The position numbers and the translations under genes are program-made. 64,000 nucleotides of DNA, taken from the NCBI GenBank assembly GCA_965204725.1, contig OZ242005.1:2016001-2080000 (forward strand), read 5' to 3'. This DNA is from Candidatus Latescibacterota bacterium (GTDB taxonomy: Bacteria > Latescibacterota > UBA2968 > UBA8231). Each line of letters starts with the position of its first letter. Position 1 is the first letter of the stretch. The notes under the pieces are model-generated. The model made no database searches. It saw nothing but the letters and a program-made list of their open reading frames with translations, and was not told the origin of the DNA. Positions 1 to 9,534 of the stretch are shown here, piece by piece.

Positions 1-2
1 TG

Positions 3-1646
3 ACCATCCTCGCCGCGGGGCTCTGGCTACACTCAAATCTCCGGTCGCGGCTGCTAACGCTGGCCGCCACCGCAATCATCGCGGCCTCCCTGCCCTTGAG
101 CGATTGGGCACCCCACATCAAGACCGACACCCTCTTCTTCCTATTCCCGCTCCTCGCCTTGGTCCAACTGGCGTCCTTCCTCAGCCGCAGGACGACCGCG
201 TCCCTGCTGTGGGCAGCGGTTTTCACCGCGCTGGCCGCCCTGACCCGCTGGCCGGGCGTGGCCCTAATCGGCACCGGCGTCCTGCTGCTTCTGCCCCTCG
301 CCCGGTGGAAGCAGACCCTCGTCTTTGGTGCGATCTCGTCTGTGCCCTTGCTGGCGGTATTGGCGCGGAATTGGGCGGCCACCGGGCACCTGACCCGGGT
401 AACAGGGCATAGAACAGCGCCTTCGGGGCAGTCCCTATCCGCTGGGCTAAGCCAGACCGTCGAGGTATTCCGCGAGTGGATCGTCCCCCCCAACGCGCCG
501 GATGGGGTTGCGTATCTGCTGTGGCTGGCGGTCGCAACGGTCGTCCTCGCCAGCGTCGCGGTCCTCCTGCGCGCCGCCCGAATGCACCGCGACAACCCAA
601 AGGCCGCGCCGGCGTATTTCCGCTTGCAGCCGGCGCTCCCATTCGGGGGATTCGCCGTGGCTTACCTCGTATTCATGGTCGTAGTTGTGCCCCTCACGGT
701 TACTCAGGGCATCGACAGCCGCTACCTCCTGCCGATGTACGTGCCGCTGCTGTTGACGGCCGCGTTCTTGCTGGATCGGTTCCTGTCCATGGAGTCTGCG
801 GGCTGGATGAAGGCCGCCCGCTACGGGCTGGCGTCCCTCGTCGTGCTGGCCTCCCTCGCCCACGTCCGCTTCTCAGCAGAAAAAAACCTCATTCTTACCG
901 CCCAAGCATGGCGAGCCGGATACGAACAAGACTGGACGTACAATATCGCCGCTTGGCAACAATCCGAGACCCTGAATTACTTGCGGGACAATCATATAGA
1001 GGGCAGAATTTACAGCAACAACAGAGCGCTTGGTTGGTTTGCCAATAGGTCCGCCCCGGGCAAGCACCGCGGCATTCCGCGCAAGAAGCAGTGGGCCGAG
1101 ATGGAGGCCGGGGCGCACCTCGTTTGGTTTGATAAGTTTTATAACCGAGCTTTTATCGGCCACGACGACACAGACCTCCGCGTCCTGCCCAGCGTGGAAA
1201 TCGTGGCCGAACTGGCCGATGGCGTGGTGTTCCGCCGCACGGCCGCCGAACCCTTCGACGCAGAGAGGCACCGCGCCCGGAGACAACGCTATGTGGAACA
1301 ACTCATCCAACAGGCCGACGAGCAGGTGATCCGCGCTGGCTGGGGCGTGTATCGCACGGGACGTACGCTGATCTACCGCAAAGAGCCGTGCGCTCCGGCG
1401 GACGTGCAGGCAAAGTTCGTCTTGCACGTCGTCCCGGCCGATCGGGCCGACCTGCCAATCCACCGCAAACGGCACGGCTCTGAAAATTTCGACTTCTATT
1501 TCTACTGGCGCGGCGAGCGAGTTGACGACCAGTGCATCGCAATCATCCGACTCCCGGCCTACGCCATCGGCCGCATCCATGTCGGCCAGTGGATCTCCGC
1601 CGAGGACCGCACCGTCTGGGAAGCGGAGTTGCCGCCGCGCCGATGA
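3..1646 (+). CDS. GT-C-fold (ArnT/PMT-like) membrane glycosyltransferase paralog 1 with C-terminal soluble domain; 5'-truncated by window edge
   Basis: Frame is open from base 3 (TILAAGLWLHSNLRS...). Multiple TM helices, DSRYLLP motif, and a C-terminal KEPC...KFVLHV...QCIA...GQW...WEAE domain shared with the other paralogs. Confidence 0.7.
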   Translation, partial: TILAAGLWLHSNLRSRLLTLAATAIIAASLPLSDWAPHIKTDTLFFLFPLLALVQLASFLSRRTTASLLWAAVFTALAALTRWPGVALIGTGVLLLLPLARWKQTLVFGAISSVPLLAVLARNWAATGHLTRVTGHRTAPSGQSLSAGLSQTVEVFREWIVPPNAPDGVAYLLWLAVATVVLASVAVLLRAARMHRDNPKAAPAYFRLQPALPFGGFAVAYLVFMVVVVPLTVTQGIDSRYLLPMYVPLLLTAAFLLDRFLSMESAGWMKAARYGLASLVVLASLAHVRFSAEKNLILTAQAWRAGYEQDWTYNIAAWQQSETLNYLRDNHIEGRIYSNNRALGWFANRSAPGKHRGIPRKKQWAEMEAGAHLVWFDKFYNRAFIGHDDTDLRVLPSVEIVAELADGVVFRRTAAEPFDAERHRARRQRYVEQLIQQADEQVIRAGWGVYRTGRTLIYRKEPCAPADVQAKFVLHVVPADRADLPIHRKRHGSENFDFYFYWRGERVDDQCIAIIRLPAYAIGRIHVGQWISAEDRTVWEAELPPRR

Positions 1647-3697
1647 TACCGGACGCCCCACATTACCGCCGCGATCCCTTCACCCTGCTCATCGCTTGCA
1701 TCGCCGGGCTGGGCACCGCGCACATCCTCGTCCGCACCGCCACCTACGGCGCGGTCGTCACCACGGACTCTATAATTTTCCTTTCTACGGCCCTGAATTT
1801 TCTCGCCGGAGAGGGCTGGCGGGATTTCACGGGCGGCTTGACGGTACGATGGCCGCCCTTGTTCCCCCTGCTGCTAGCGGTCGGCGGTTGGGTCGGCATC
1901 GAGCCGCTGGAAGCGGGGCGGTGGATCAACGCCATGGCCTTCGGGCTGACCATCCTCGTTGCGGGGTGCTGGCTGCGCTCGCATCTCCGGTCGCAGTGGC
2001 TGGCGCTGGTCGCCACCGCAATCCTCGCGGCCTCCCGGCCCTTGAGCGAGATCGCGTCCCATCTCCTGACCGACTCCCTCTTCGTCCTGTTTACGCTCCT
2101 CGCCTTGATGCAGTTGGCGGCCTTCCTCCAACGCGGCGAGAGGACGTCTCTGTGGTGGGCGGCGGTATTCACCGCGCTGGCCGTGCTGACCCGCTATCCG
2201 GGCGTGGTGCTAATCGGTGCCGGCATCCTCATGCTGCTGGTGCGGCGCACCCCACCGCTGGCCGCCCGGTTGAAAGACACCGTCGTATTTGGGGCCATCT
2301 CATCCATCCCCCTCGCCGGGGTGCTGACTCGTAACTGGATCCTCTCCGATACCCTAACCGGGGGGAGAAGCGGGTCGGGGCAGTCCCTGTTCGATTCGCT
2401 GAGCCAAGTGGTGGATGTATTCCGGGAGTGGGTGATTCCCCGGGACGCGGTGGAATGGTTTGCTTATCTCCTGCGGAGGGCGACCAGGCTGAGCACGTCG
2501 GACTGGTTCGGTTCTCTCCTGTGGGCGACGACCGGGCTGGTTGTTGTGGCGATGGTGGCGGTGGTCGTTCTGTCGGGTCGCGGCAAGTCGCCATCCTTCG
2601 GGTTGGGGCCGGTGCTCCCATTTGGGGTGTTCGCCGCGCTCTACCTCGTATTCATGGTCGCCGTCGTGCCGCTCGTGATCCCCGTTGATCTCCCCACTCG
2701 TTACCTGCTGCCGGTGTACGTGCCGTTGCTGTTGGCGGCGGTGTTACTGCTGGACTGGTTCCTGTGCATCGAGGGTGCGGGCCGGGTGGGCGCGGCCAAG
2801 TGGGGTCTGGCGTCCCTCGTCTTGCTGGGCGTCTTCGCCCACACCGGCTTCTCAGCGCACCGGAACCTCCGTCTCACCGCCAAAACGCTGGAACCCGGCT
2901 ACCTAGAGGACGGGGCGTACAACACCGCCGCTTGGCAACAGTCCGAGACCCTGAACTACATCCGGGACAACCGCATTGAGGGCATGACGTACAGCAACAA
3001 CCCGTTCCTCGTCTGGTTTGTGAATAGACCCGTCACCGTGAATGAACGTAGTAAACATGGGGCTCTTCCTTTTAAGATACGGGATTGGACTCAGGATCCG
3101 ATCTCTGAATCGGACGCGGCGAGTGACGTACCGATCTACCCTATCATCTGGATCAAAGACGACCGCATCATCTGGATCAAAGACGACTATCGCTCGGTTT
3201 ATTACGACTACAACGACCTTGACATCCGCTTGCTGCCCAACGTGGAGGTGGTGACCGAGTTGTCCGACAGCGTGGTATTCCGCCTAACGACCGCGCCCGA
3301 ACCGTTCGATGAGGACCGGCATCGCGCCCGCAAACAGCACTACGTGCAGCAACTCATCGCACAGGCCGACGAGCAAGTGGTCCGCGCTGGCTGGGGCGTA
3401 CATCGCACCGGACGCAAGCTGATCTACTTCAAAGAGCCGTGCGCCCCAGCGGACGTGCAGGCAAAGTTCGTCTTGCACGTCGTCCCCACCGACCCAGTGA
3501 ACCTGTCAGCCGACCGCAAACGGTACGGCTCTGAAAATCTCGGCTTTTATTTTAACGAGCGCGGCGAGTGGCTCGACGACCAGTGCATCGCAATCATCCA
3601 CCTCCCCACCTACGCCATCGACCGCATCCATGTCGGCCAGTGGATCTCCGCCGAGAACCGCACCGTCTGGGAAGCGGAGTTGCCGGCCGACCGATGA
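1643..3697 (+). CDS. GT-C-fold membrane glycosyltransferase paralog 2
   Basis: ATG overlaps the upstream TGA (ATGA). First TM helix is followed by a DS-containing loop and WPPLFP, typical of lipid-carrier-dependent GT-C enzymes. Same C-terminal domain. Confidence 0.72.
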   Translation: MIPDAPHYRRDPFTLLIACIAGLGTAHILVRTATYGAVVTTDSIIFLSTALNFLAGEGWRDFTGGLTVRWPPLFPLLLAVGGWVGIEPLEAGRWINAMAFGLTILVAGCWLRSHLRSQWLALVATAILAASRPLSEIASHLLTDSLFVLFTLLALMQLAAFLQRGERTSLWWAAVFTALAVLTRYPGVVLIGAGILMLLVRRTPPLAARLKDTVVFGAISSIPLAGVLTRNWILSDTLTGGRSGSGQSLFDSLSQVVDVFREWVIPRDAVEWFAYLLRRATRLSTSDWFGSLLWATTGLVVVAMVAVVVLSGRGKSPSFGLGPVLPFGVFAALYLVFMVAVVPLVIPVDLPTRYLLPVYVPLLLAAVLLLDWFLCIEGAGRVGAAKWGLASLVLLGVFAHTGFSAHRNLRLTAKTLEPGYLEDGAYNTAAWQQSETLNYIRDNRIEGMTYSNNPFLVWFVNRPVTVNERSKHGALPFKIRDWTQDPISESDAASDVPIYPIIWIKDDRIIWIKDDYRSVYYDYNDLDIRLLPNVEVVTELSDSVVFRLTTAPEPFDEDRHRARKQHYVQQLIAQADEQVVRAGWGVHRTGRKLIYFKEPCAPADVQAKFVLHVVPTDPVNLSADRKRYGSENLGFYFNERGEWLDDQCIAIIHLPTYAIDRIHVGQWISAENRTVWEAELPADR
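3143..3187 (+). repeat. 21-bp perfect direct repeat (24-bp period) inside paralog 2, encoding IIWIKDD-R-IIWIKDD
   Basis: atcatctggatcaaagacgac at 3143-3163 and 3167-3187. Confidence 0.95.
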
Positions 3698-5736
3698 TAC
3701 CGGACACCCGATATGGCTGCCACGCCGCCGCCCGGTTCTGGCGCGACCCCTGTGCGCTGCTCATCGTCTGTATCGCTGGGCTGGGCACCGCCCACATCCT
3801 CGTCCGCACCGCCACCGACGGCGCGGCCATCGACGCGGACTCCACCCTCCACCTTTCTACGGCCCTGAACGTCCTCGCGGGCGAAGGCTGGCGGGATTTC
3901 ACGGGCTTGGTGGTAGTCGGGTGGCCGCCCCTGTTTCCCTTGCTGCTAGCGGCCCTCGGTTGGGTCGGCATCGATCCGCTGGAAGCGGGTCGGCTGGTCA
4001 ATGCCACCGCCTTCGGATTGACCCTCTTGGCGGCTGGCCTGTACCTACACTCGAATCTCCGGTCGCGGGGGCTGGCCCTAGCCGCCAGCCTAGCCATCTT
4101 GGCCGCCCTGCCCTTGAGCGATTTCGCGGCGCGCTTCTTGACCGAGCCGCTCTTCGTCCTATTCACGCTCCTCGCCTTGCTCCAGTTGGCGACCTTCCTC
4201 AATCGCAAGACGGACGCGCCCCTGTTGTGGGCGGCGGCTTTCACCGCGCTGGCTGCCCTGACCCGCTATGCGGGCGTAGCCCTAATCGGCACTGGCGTCC
4301 TCGTGCTACTACCCCTCGCCCGGCTAAGGCACACTCTCGTCTTTGGCGCGATCGCGTCCCTGCCCTTGCTGGCGGTATTGGCGCACAATTGGACGGTCTA
4401 TGGACCAGAAGGGGGCTATGACCCATTTTGGGAAAATGACTTGGCGGCTTCTGGGACCCTGACAGAGGTAGAAGTAAGGAGGGGCTCGGGGCAGTCTCTC
4501 TCCGCTGGGCTGAGCCAGACCGTCGAGGTGTTCCGGGCGTGGGTCGTCCCCCCCAACACGCCGGATGGGATCGCGTATCTGCTGTGGCTGGCGGTCGGGT
4601 TAGTCGTTCTCGCCGGCGTCGCGGTCGTCCTGCGCGCCACCCGCATGCGAAGTACCAGCCCCGGGCATGACCCCGAGGCCACGTCGCCATCCTTTGGATT
4701 GGGGCCGGTGCTCCCTTTCGGAGTGTTCGCCTTGATTTACCACCTCGTTATGCTCGTCGCCGTGCCCTTTACGGTTGGTTATGGCATTGACAGCCGCTAC
4801 TTGCTGCCGGTGTATGTGCCGTTGCTGTTGGCGGCGGTGTTGCTGCTGGATCGGTTCCTGTCCATTGAGGCTACGGGCTGGATGGCCGCGGCCCAGTACG
4901 GGCTGGGGTCCCTCGTCCTAGTGGGCACTCTCGCCCACGTCGGCTACTCAACGGACAGAAACCTCAGTCTTACCACCCACGCTTATGGCACCGGGTTTGA
5001 AGCCTGGACGTACAATGGCACCTACTGGGAATCTTCCGAGATCCTGCATTACATCCGGGACCACCATATCGAGGGCCGGATGTACAGCAACAACTGCTAC
5101 CTTGCTTGGTTTTGGGACCGGACCGCGGCCCCGGGAAAGCACCAGCGTCTCCCAGCCGAGATTCACGGTTTGACGTCGGCCATATTGCGGTGGGCCGATA
5201 ACGACAGTGTGCATATCCTATGGCTCCGGGATGAAAAGCCTTTTTACGACTACGACGACCTCGACATCCGGGTCCTGCCCGGGGTGGAACCCGTGGCCGA
5301 ACGGGCCGATGGCGTGGTATTCCGCGTAACGGCGGCCGAGCCGTTCGATGCAAAAAGACATCGCGCCCGCAAACAACGCTACGTGCAGGGCCTCCTTGAA
5401 CAGGCCGACGAGCAGGTGGCTCGCGCTGGCTGGAGCGTGTACCGCACCGGACGCAAGCTGATCTACCGCAAAGAGCCATGCGCTCCCGCCGACGTGCAGG
5501 CGAAGCTCGTTTTGCACGTCATCCCCACCGACCCGGGCGTCCTTTCCATCGCCCGCCAGCAGCACGGCTATGACAGCCTCGGCTTCTACTTTGACCAGTT
5601 CGGCTTCCGGCTCGACGACCAATGTATCGCGATCGCCCAACTCCCCACCTACGCCATCAGCCGCATCCGAGTCGGCCAGTGGATCTCCGCCGAGAACCGC
5701 ACCGTCTGGGAAGCGGAGCTGCCGACCGACCGATGA
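3694..5736 (+). CDS. GT-C-fold membrane glycosyltransferase paralog 3
   Basis: ATGA overlap; DADS, WPPLFP, LTEPLF and DSRYLLP motifs; same C-terminal domain. Confidence 0.72.
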   Translation: MIPDTRYGCHAAARFWRDPCALLIVCIAGLGTAHILVRTATDGAAIDADSTLHLSTALNVLAGEGWRDFTGLVVVGWPPLFPLLLAALGWVGIDPLEAGRLVNATAFGLTLLAAGLYLHSNLRSRGLALAASLAILAALPLSDFAARFLTEPLFVLFTLLALLQLATFLNRKTDAPLLWAAAFTALAALTRYAGVALIGTGVLVLLPLARLRHTLVFGAIASLPLLAVLAHNWTVYGPEGGYDPFWENDLAASGTLTEVEVRRGSGQSLSAGLSQTVEVFRAWVVPPNTPDGIAYLLWLAVGLVVLAGVAVVLRATRMRSTSPGHDPEATSPSFGLGPVLPFGVFALIYHLVMLVAVPFTVGYGIDSRYLLPVYVPLLLAAVLLLDRFLSIEATGWMAAAQYGLGSLVLVGTLAHVGYSTDRNLSLTTHAYGTGFEAWTYNGTYWESSEILHYIRDHHIEGRMYSNNCYLAWFWDRTAAPGKHQRLPAEIHGLTSAILRWADNDSVHILWLRDEKPFYDYDDLDIRVLPGVEPVAERADGVVFRVTAAEPFDAKRHRARKQRYVQGLLEQADEQVARAGWSVYRTGRKLIYRKEPCAPADVQAKLVLHVIPTDPGVLSIARQQHGYDSLGFYFDQFGFRLDDQCIAIAQLPTYAISRIRVGQWISAENRTVWEAELPTDR

Positions 5737-7394
5737 TACCGCCTACTCAAGTCTCCAAGAACGGTTCTTTTATGAAAAATGTGCTAGCTTCGCCATCGCT
5801 GCCGCTCGCGCTGTTGCTGCTCGCGCTGTCAACGATGTTCCTGTTGGGCAATGACCGGGGCCACTTCTACCGGCCCGGGGCCCACAATTGGAATTCGTCA
5901 AGGGGTCTGGCGATAGCCGAGAATCTATCCTTCAAACACAACCTCCGGCTGTTCGACTTCCGAACCTTCGACGAAGAAGGCACGCCGGCCTATATGCTAT
6001 ACGGTCGCTATCCGCTGGGCGGGTACGCGCTCATCAAGCTGGCCACCCTGCCCTTTGGAGAGGACCTGTCGGCCAAGATCTACGCCGGCCGAGTATTGAT
6101 GCTGCTGTTGTTTGCCGGTATGGGCGTCTTGGCGTATCACGCCCTGTCCCGGCTCACGTCCAATCGGTGGATCGGCCTGACGGCCACGCTCTTGGCCTTC
6201 TCCTCGCACTATTTCCTGTACTACGGCGACAAAATTTCCAACGGAGTGACCATCGGCCTCTTCGGAGTCATGCTGACCTTCCACGGGATGGTCCTCTTCG
6301 TCTTGGAAGGCCGCTTCCGGCAACTTCTGATTAAGACGTGTGCGGCCCTGCTGCTCGGCTGGCACGTCTTCGCGCTGCTGCTGCCCTTCATCGTGCTCGG
6401 CCTCGTCCATGAAGCGGTCCGGGCGCGGGCCATCGCCTCAACCCGCTCCCTGTTGGATCAACTCAAACACTTGATTCGCAGCCGGTATGTGCTGCTCGGG
6501 GGCGTCGCGCTGCTTTTTGGCATGACGGTCTTGGTCTTCAACATCGCCAACGAATACTTCGCGCAGGAGGAGGACGGAAGACTGCTAATGAAATTACCCT
6601 CGGTCCGCGCACTCAAGCAGCGCACCGCCGTGGAGGACACGTACGACATTCATTACGAGGACTGGCTGGCGTGGATGCCTTTTCTAAAAAAACAGTTCCA
6701 CCGCATTGGCATAATGTCCCTGCCCTCCTCCCTGCCGGGCTATGTGGTCAATGTGCTGGGCAAAAGCCCGAGTGAGCCGATGGAAGAGTTACAGGGCGTT
6801 GCCATAGGAGTTTTTGCGGTCGGCGCATGCTTGGTTGGTCTGGCGTTCGGCCCCCATAAAATTCTGCTGGCGACCCTGGCCCTGTTCAACTTTTGCTGGG
6901 CAGTGCCGTTGCGCCGCTCGGTCTATGCCCACAGCCACGAGGCCCTGTTTTACATCGGCATCCCCCTCGTCCTGTTCTCGCTGGTTCTGCTATACATGCG
7001 CAAGCTGGCTCAGGACGACCGGCTCATCGCCTGCTTTGCCGCCGCCGCGCTGGGGATATTCGTTCTTTCCAGTTTCAGGATGAGCCTAGTGGGCCACGAC
7101 GCCCAAGCGGCCCAATTCCACGAGACCATAATTGCCGACTTTGAGGGTATCCGTGCAATAACGCACGGGAAGATCGTTTTCGTTCCCGTATCCACCTCCG
7201 ACGAGATTACTCGGTTTGCCGGCGCGCGGTCGGCACTAGATTACTACCTCTCCGGGAGTTCCATCCTATACAACGAACACCGTCCCTACGCCGACTTCCT
7301 CCTCAAGCGCGAACGCGAGGAGGGGCCAGCCCTGCTCACCCCAGAAAACCGACTGATATTCCTATACGACAAGGCCATCTACGACGGCGAATAA
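5733..7394 (+). CDS. Second-family polytopic membrane protein, probable GT-C glycosyltransferase (alternative start ATG 5772)
   Basis: ATGA overlap with paralog 3; about 11 hydrophobic segments; N-terminal loop ending in YGRYP; lacks the paralog C-terminal domain. Confidence 0.55.
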   Translation: MIPPTQVSKNGSFMKNVLASPSLPLALLLLALSTMFLLGNDRGHFYRPGAHNWNSSRGLAIAENLSFKHNLRLFDFRTFDEEGTPAYMLYGRYPLGGYALIKLATLPFGEDLSAKIYAGRVLMLLLFAGMGVLAYHALSRLTSNRWIGLTATLLAFSSHYFLYYGDKISNGVTIGLFGVMLTFHGMVLFVLEGRFRQLLIKTCAALLLGWHVFALLLPFIVLGLVHEAVRARAIASTRSLLDQLKHLIRSRYVLLGGVALLFGMTVLVFNIANEYFAQEEDGRLLMKLPSVRALKQRTAVEDTYDIHYEDWLAWMPFLKKQFHRIGIMSLPSSLPGYVVNVLGKSPSEPMEELQGVAIGVFAVGACLVGLAFGPHKILLATLALFNFCWAVPLRRSVYAHSHEALFYIGIPLVLFSLVLLYMRKLAQDDRLIACFAAAALGIFVLSSFRMSLVGHDAQAAQFHETIIADFEGIRAITHGKIVFVPVSTSDEITRFAGARSALDYYLSGSSILYNEHRPYADFLLKREREEGPALLTPENRLIFLYDKAIYDGE

Positions 7395-7413
7395 ACAGTC
7401 CGCTCCCTCTTTG

Positions 7414-8577
7414 CTACAACGCTTCTGCGTCCGAGTCTTTTGGGTCCACCTGCTGGTAGAACCGCTTCGTGCCATTTTCAATGGTCATAATGACCGCGCT
7501 TTTGGTTGGATGGCGGTTTTCGTCGTAGCGGGCAATGCGCGTTGCGCCAGCGTACTGTTCGGTCGCCAACAGTTGCCGTCGCACCGCGTCCGGGTCGAGG
7601 CTGTCCGCTCGTTCTGCGGCTTCCAAGAACAAGCGCACCGCATCGTAGCTCACCGCGTCGCCGCCGGTGGGCACCATCCCATATCGGGCTTGGTACGTGT
7701 CGATGAACGCACGCGCACTCGGCTCGTCCGTATCGGGCGAAAAGTGGCTGCTGAAAAAGCTGCCATCCACAGCGGCGGCTTCGTTTTCTAACAGCGTCGG
7801 GTTGTCCCAAGAATCGGCCCCGAGAAAAAGCGTGGGTTCCCCGGCCGCGTCTTGCAGCGGCAGGTCGCGTGCCTGCCGGGTCACCAGCGCGACTTCGGTC
7901 GTCAGCCCCGCTAGGAAAATCGCCTCGGGCGTGGCGGCCGCGATGCGAGTTAGTTGCGCGGCGAAATCCGTCGCACCCCCCTCGTAGAACTCCTCGGCGA
8001 CAATCGCTCCCCCCAAGCCGCTAAAATGGGCGGTAAAAAATTCGGCGATCCCCTCGGTATAGACTTCGCCGCGCTGCGTCAAAACAGCGGCTGCATTCAC
8101 CCCGAGCGTCTCTTTGGCAAACTGCGCCACGACGCGCCCTTGAAACTGGTCGGTGAAAGCGGCCATAAAGACAAAATCGCCCGCCGCGGTCACGGCCGGG
8201 TTGGTGGCCGCCGTGGTAATCATCGGCACGCCGTGGCGCTGGGCTACGGCCCCCACCTCAACGGCGTGTGAGGAGCGGTTGGGGCCAATGACGGCGACGA
8301 CTTCGTCGGTGCGGATCATGGTCTCAGCGGCCTGCACGGCGACTTCTGCTTCCTGTATGTCGATCTGGGTGACCAATTCGACGGACCGGCCCAGCAGCCC
8401 CCCGCGCTCGTTGACTTCGTCCACCGCGATTTTGGCCCCATTCGGATAGGTAATGCGGTCGCCCGATACGATGAACCCAATTTTAACGGGGCCTTCCGCC
8501 GCGGGAGACACAGCATCCTTATTCTCACAAGCGGCGAACGCGATAGCCGCAGCCCAGACGATGTAAAACAATTTCAT
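7414..8577 (-). CDS. LivK/LivJ-type ABC substrate-binding lipoprotein
   Basis: Lipobox-like FAAC; KIG..., GAKIAVDEVNERGGLLGR and DFAAQLTRI motifs. Start overlaps the upstream stop (ATGA). Confidence 0.85.
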   Translation of the reverse strand: MKLFYIVWAAAIAFAACENKDAVSPAAEGPVKIGFIVSGDRITYPNGAKIAVDEVNERGGLLGRSVELVTQIDIQEAEVAVQAAETMIRTDEVVAVIGPNRSSHAVEVGAVAQRHGVPMITTAATNPAVTAAGDFVFMAAFTDQFQGRVVAQFAKETLGVNAAAVLTQRGEVYTEGIAEFFTAHFSGLGGAIVAEEFYEGGATDFAAQLTRIAAATPEAIFLAGLTTEVALVTRQARDLPLQDAAGEPTLFLGADSWDNPTLLENEAAAVDGSFFSSHFSPDTDEPSARAFIDTYQARYGMVPTGGDAVSYDAVRLFLEAAERADSLDPDAVRRQLLATEQYAGATRIARYDENRHPTKSAVIMTIENGTKRFYQQVDPKDSDAEAL

Positions 8578-9410
8578 GTCAGATCCTTTTCTAGAGGTCG
8601 GTATTCGCCGCGGGCATTCCAGCCGGGATACTGCGCTTCCAAGGCGGCCAGCGTCTGGCCGGTATAGTACGGGTGATCGGGCGGAGGGAAGCGAAAAAGC
8701 TGGCGGTCTGCGGCGGTGAGGCCGGCGATAAACTCGCAAAAGTGCGGGTCGCGCCCCACGTGGGTGTAGTGCTCAACGCCTTCCCAATAGTGGTCGGCGC
8801 GGCCATAGGCGAACTTCCAGATGTAGCGCTGGCCATCGGCGCGCCGGTAGTCGCTCGCGGCGTGCCAAGAGTAGTTGTGGAAGATGGCTACCGAGCCGCC
8901 GGGAGCGACCATCGGCTCGGCTCGGGCCGGGTCTTGGTGCTGGCCGTCGCCGTCGGCCACGAAGAGGGTCGGGGCCTGATCTGCGGCGACGTCTTCGAGG
9001 CAGAACCAGAAGTTGAGCTGGCTGTGGCACCGGTCGGATGCGGTGGGCGGCAGCAGCGAGTTGTTGCCGTTGTCGATGTGGAACGGCCCCCCCTTGCGGC
9101 CCGGGTAGGAGACCAGCCCCAAGCCGGGCCGGTAGTGGATTTGGTCGGTGCCGAGCCAGCGTTGGGCAAAAGCCATGGCTTCGCGATCGACGATGGCGCG
9201 ATTGAGGCACTGTTCGGGATAGGGGAAATAGCAGGAGTCCATGCGAGCGGCGGGCGGATCGTCTGCGATTTCGGCCCAAGGCTTGAGGATGCGGCGCAGG
9301 GCCGCGGCCATGGCGGCGCGTTGGGCTTCGGGGAGATAGCTGCGGACGATGACATAGCCGCGGGTGGCGAGCGCGTTGAGTACTTCGTCGGTTAGCTTTT
9401 GCTCCGGCAC
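8574..9410 (-). CDS. Phytanoyl-CoA dioxygenase (PhyH) family Fe(II)/2OG dioxygenase
   Basis: GYVIVRSYL start motif, HID...H facial triad, NFWFCLEDV. Confidence 0.8.
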   Translation of the reverse strand: MPEQKLTDEVLNALATRGYVIVRSYLPEAQRAAMAAALRRILKPWAEIADDPPAARMDSCYFPYPEQCLNRAIVDREAMAFAQRWLGTDQIHYRPGLGLVSYPGRKGGPFHIDNGNNSLLPPTASDRCHSQLNFWFCLEDVAADQAPTLFVADGDGQHQDPARAEPMVAPGGSVAIFHNYSWHAASDYRRADGQRYIWKFAYGRADHYWEGVEHYTHVGRDPHFCEFIAGLTAADRQLFRFPPPDHPYYTGQTLAALEAQYPGWNARGEYRPLEKDLT

Positions 9411-9534
9411 GATGGGTTCCTTTCGGCTGCCGACGACGAGGGCACTTCAAAAACGACGCAAACAACCCGCTTGTCAACCGGACTTTGGCCTTTCTAACTA
9501 TGCAAATATAATATGTTGAGTTACATTTACATAG

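Larger units (their letters stand above)
1524..5741 (+). repeat. Three copies of a ~130-bp junction repeat spanning each paralog 3' end and the next start codon (1524-1654, 3575-3705, 5614-5741)
   Basis: gacgacca...gtcggccagtggatctccgccgag-accgcaccgtctgggaagcggag-tgccg...cgatgataccg recurs at spacings of 2051 and 2039 bp. About ten mismatches between copies 1 and 2 by eye. Confidence 0.9.

Noticed and set aside
1524-5741. CRISPR array or integron attC cassette array
   Set aside because: The repeats are coding, ~130 bp long and ~2 kb apart. No RYYYAAC/GTTRRRY palindromic sites, cas genes or integrase were seen.
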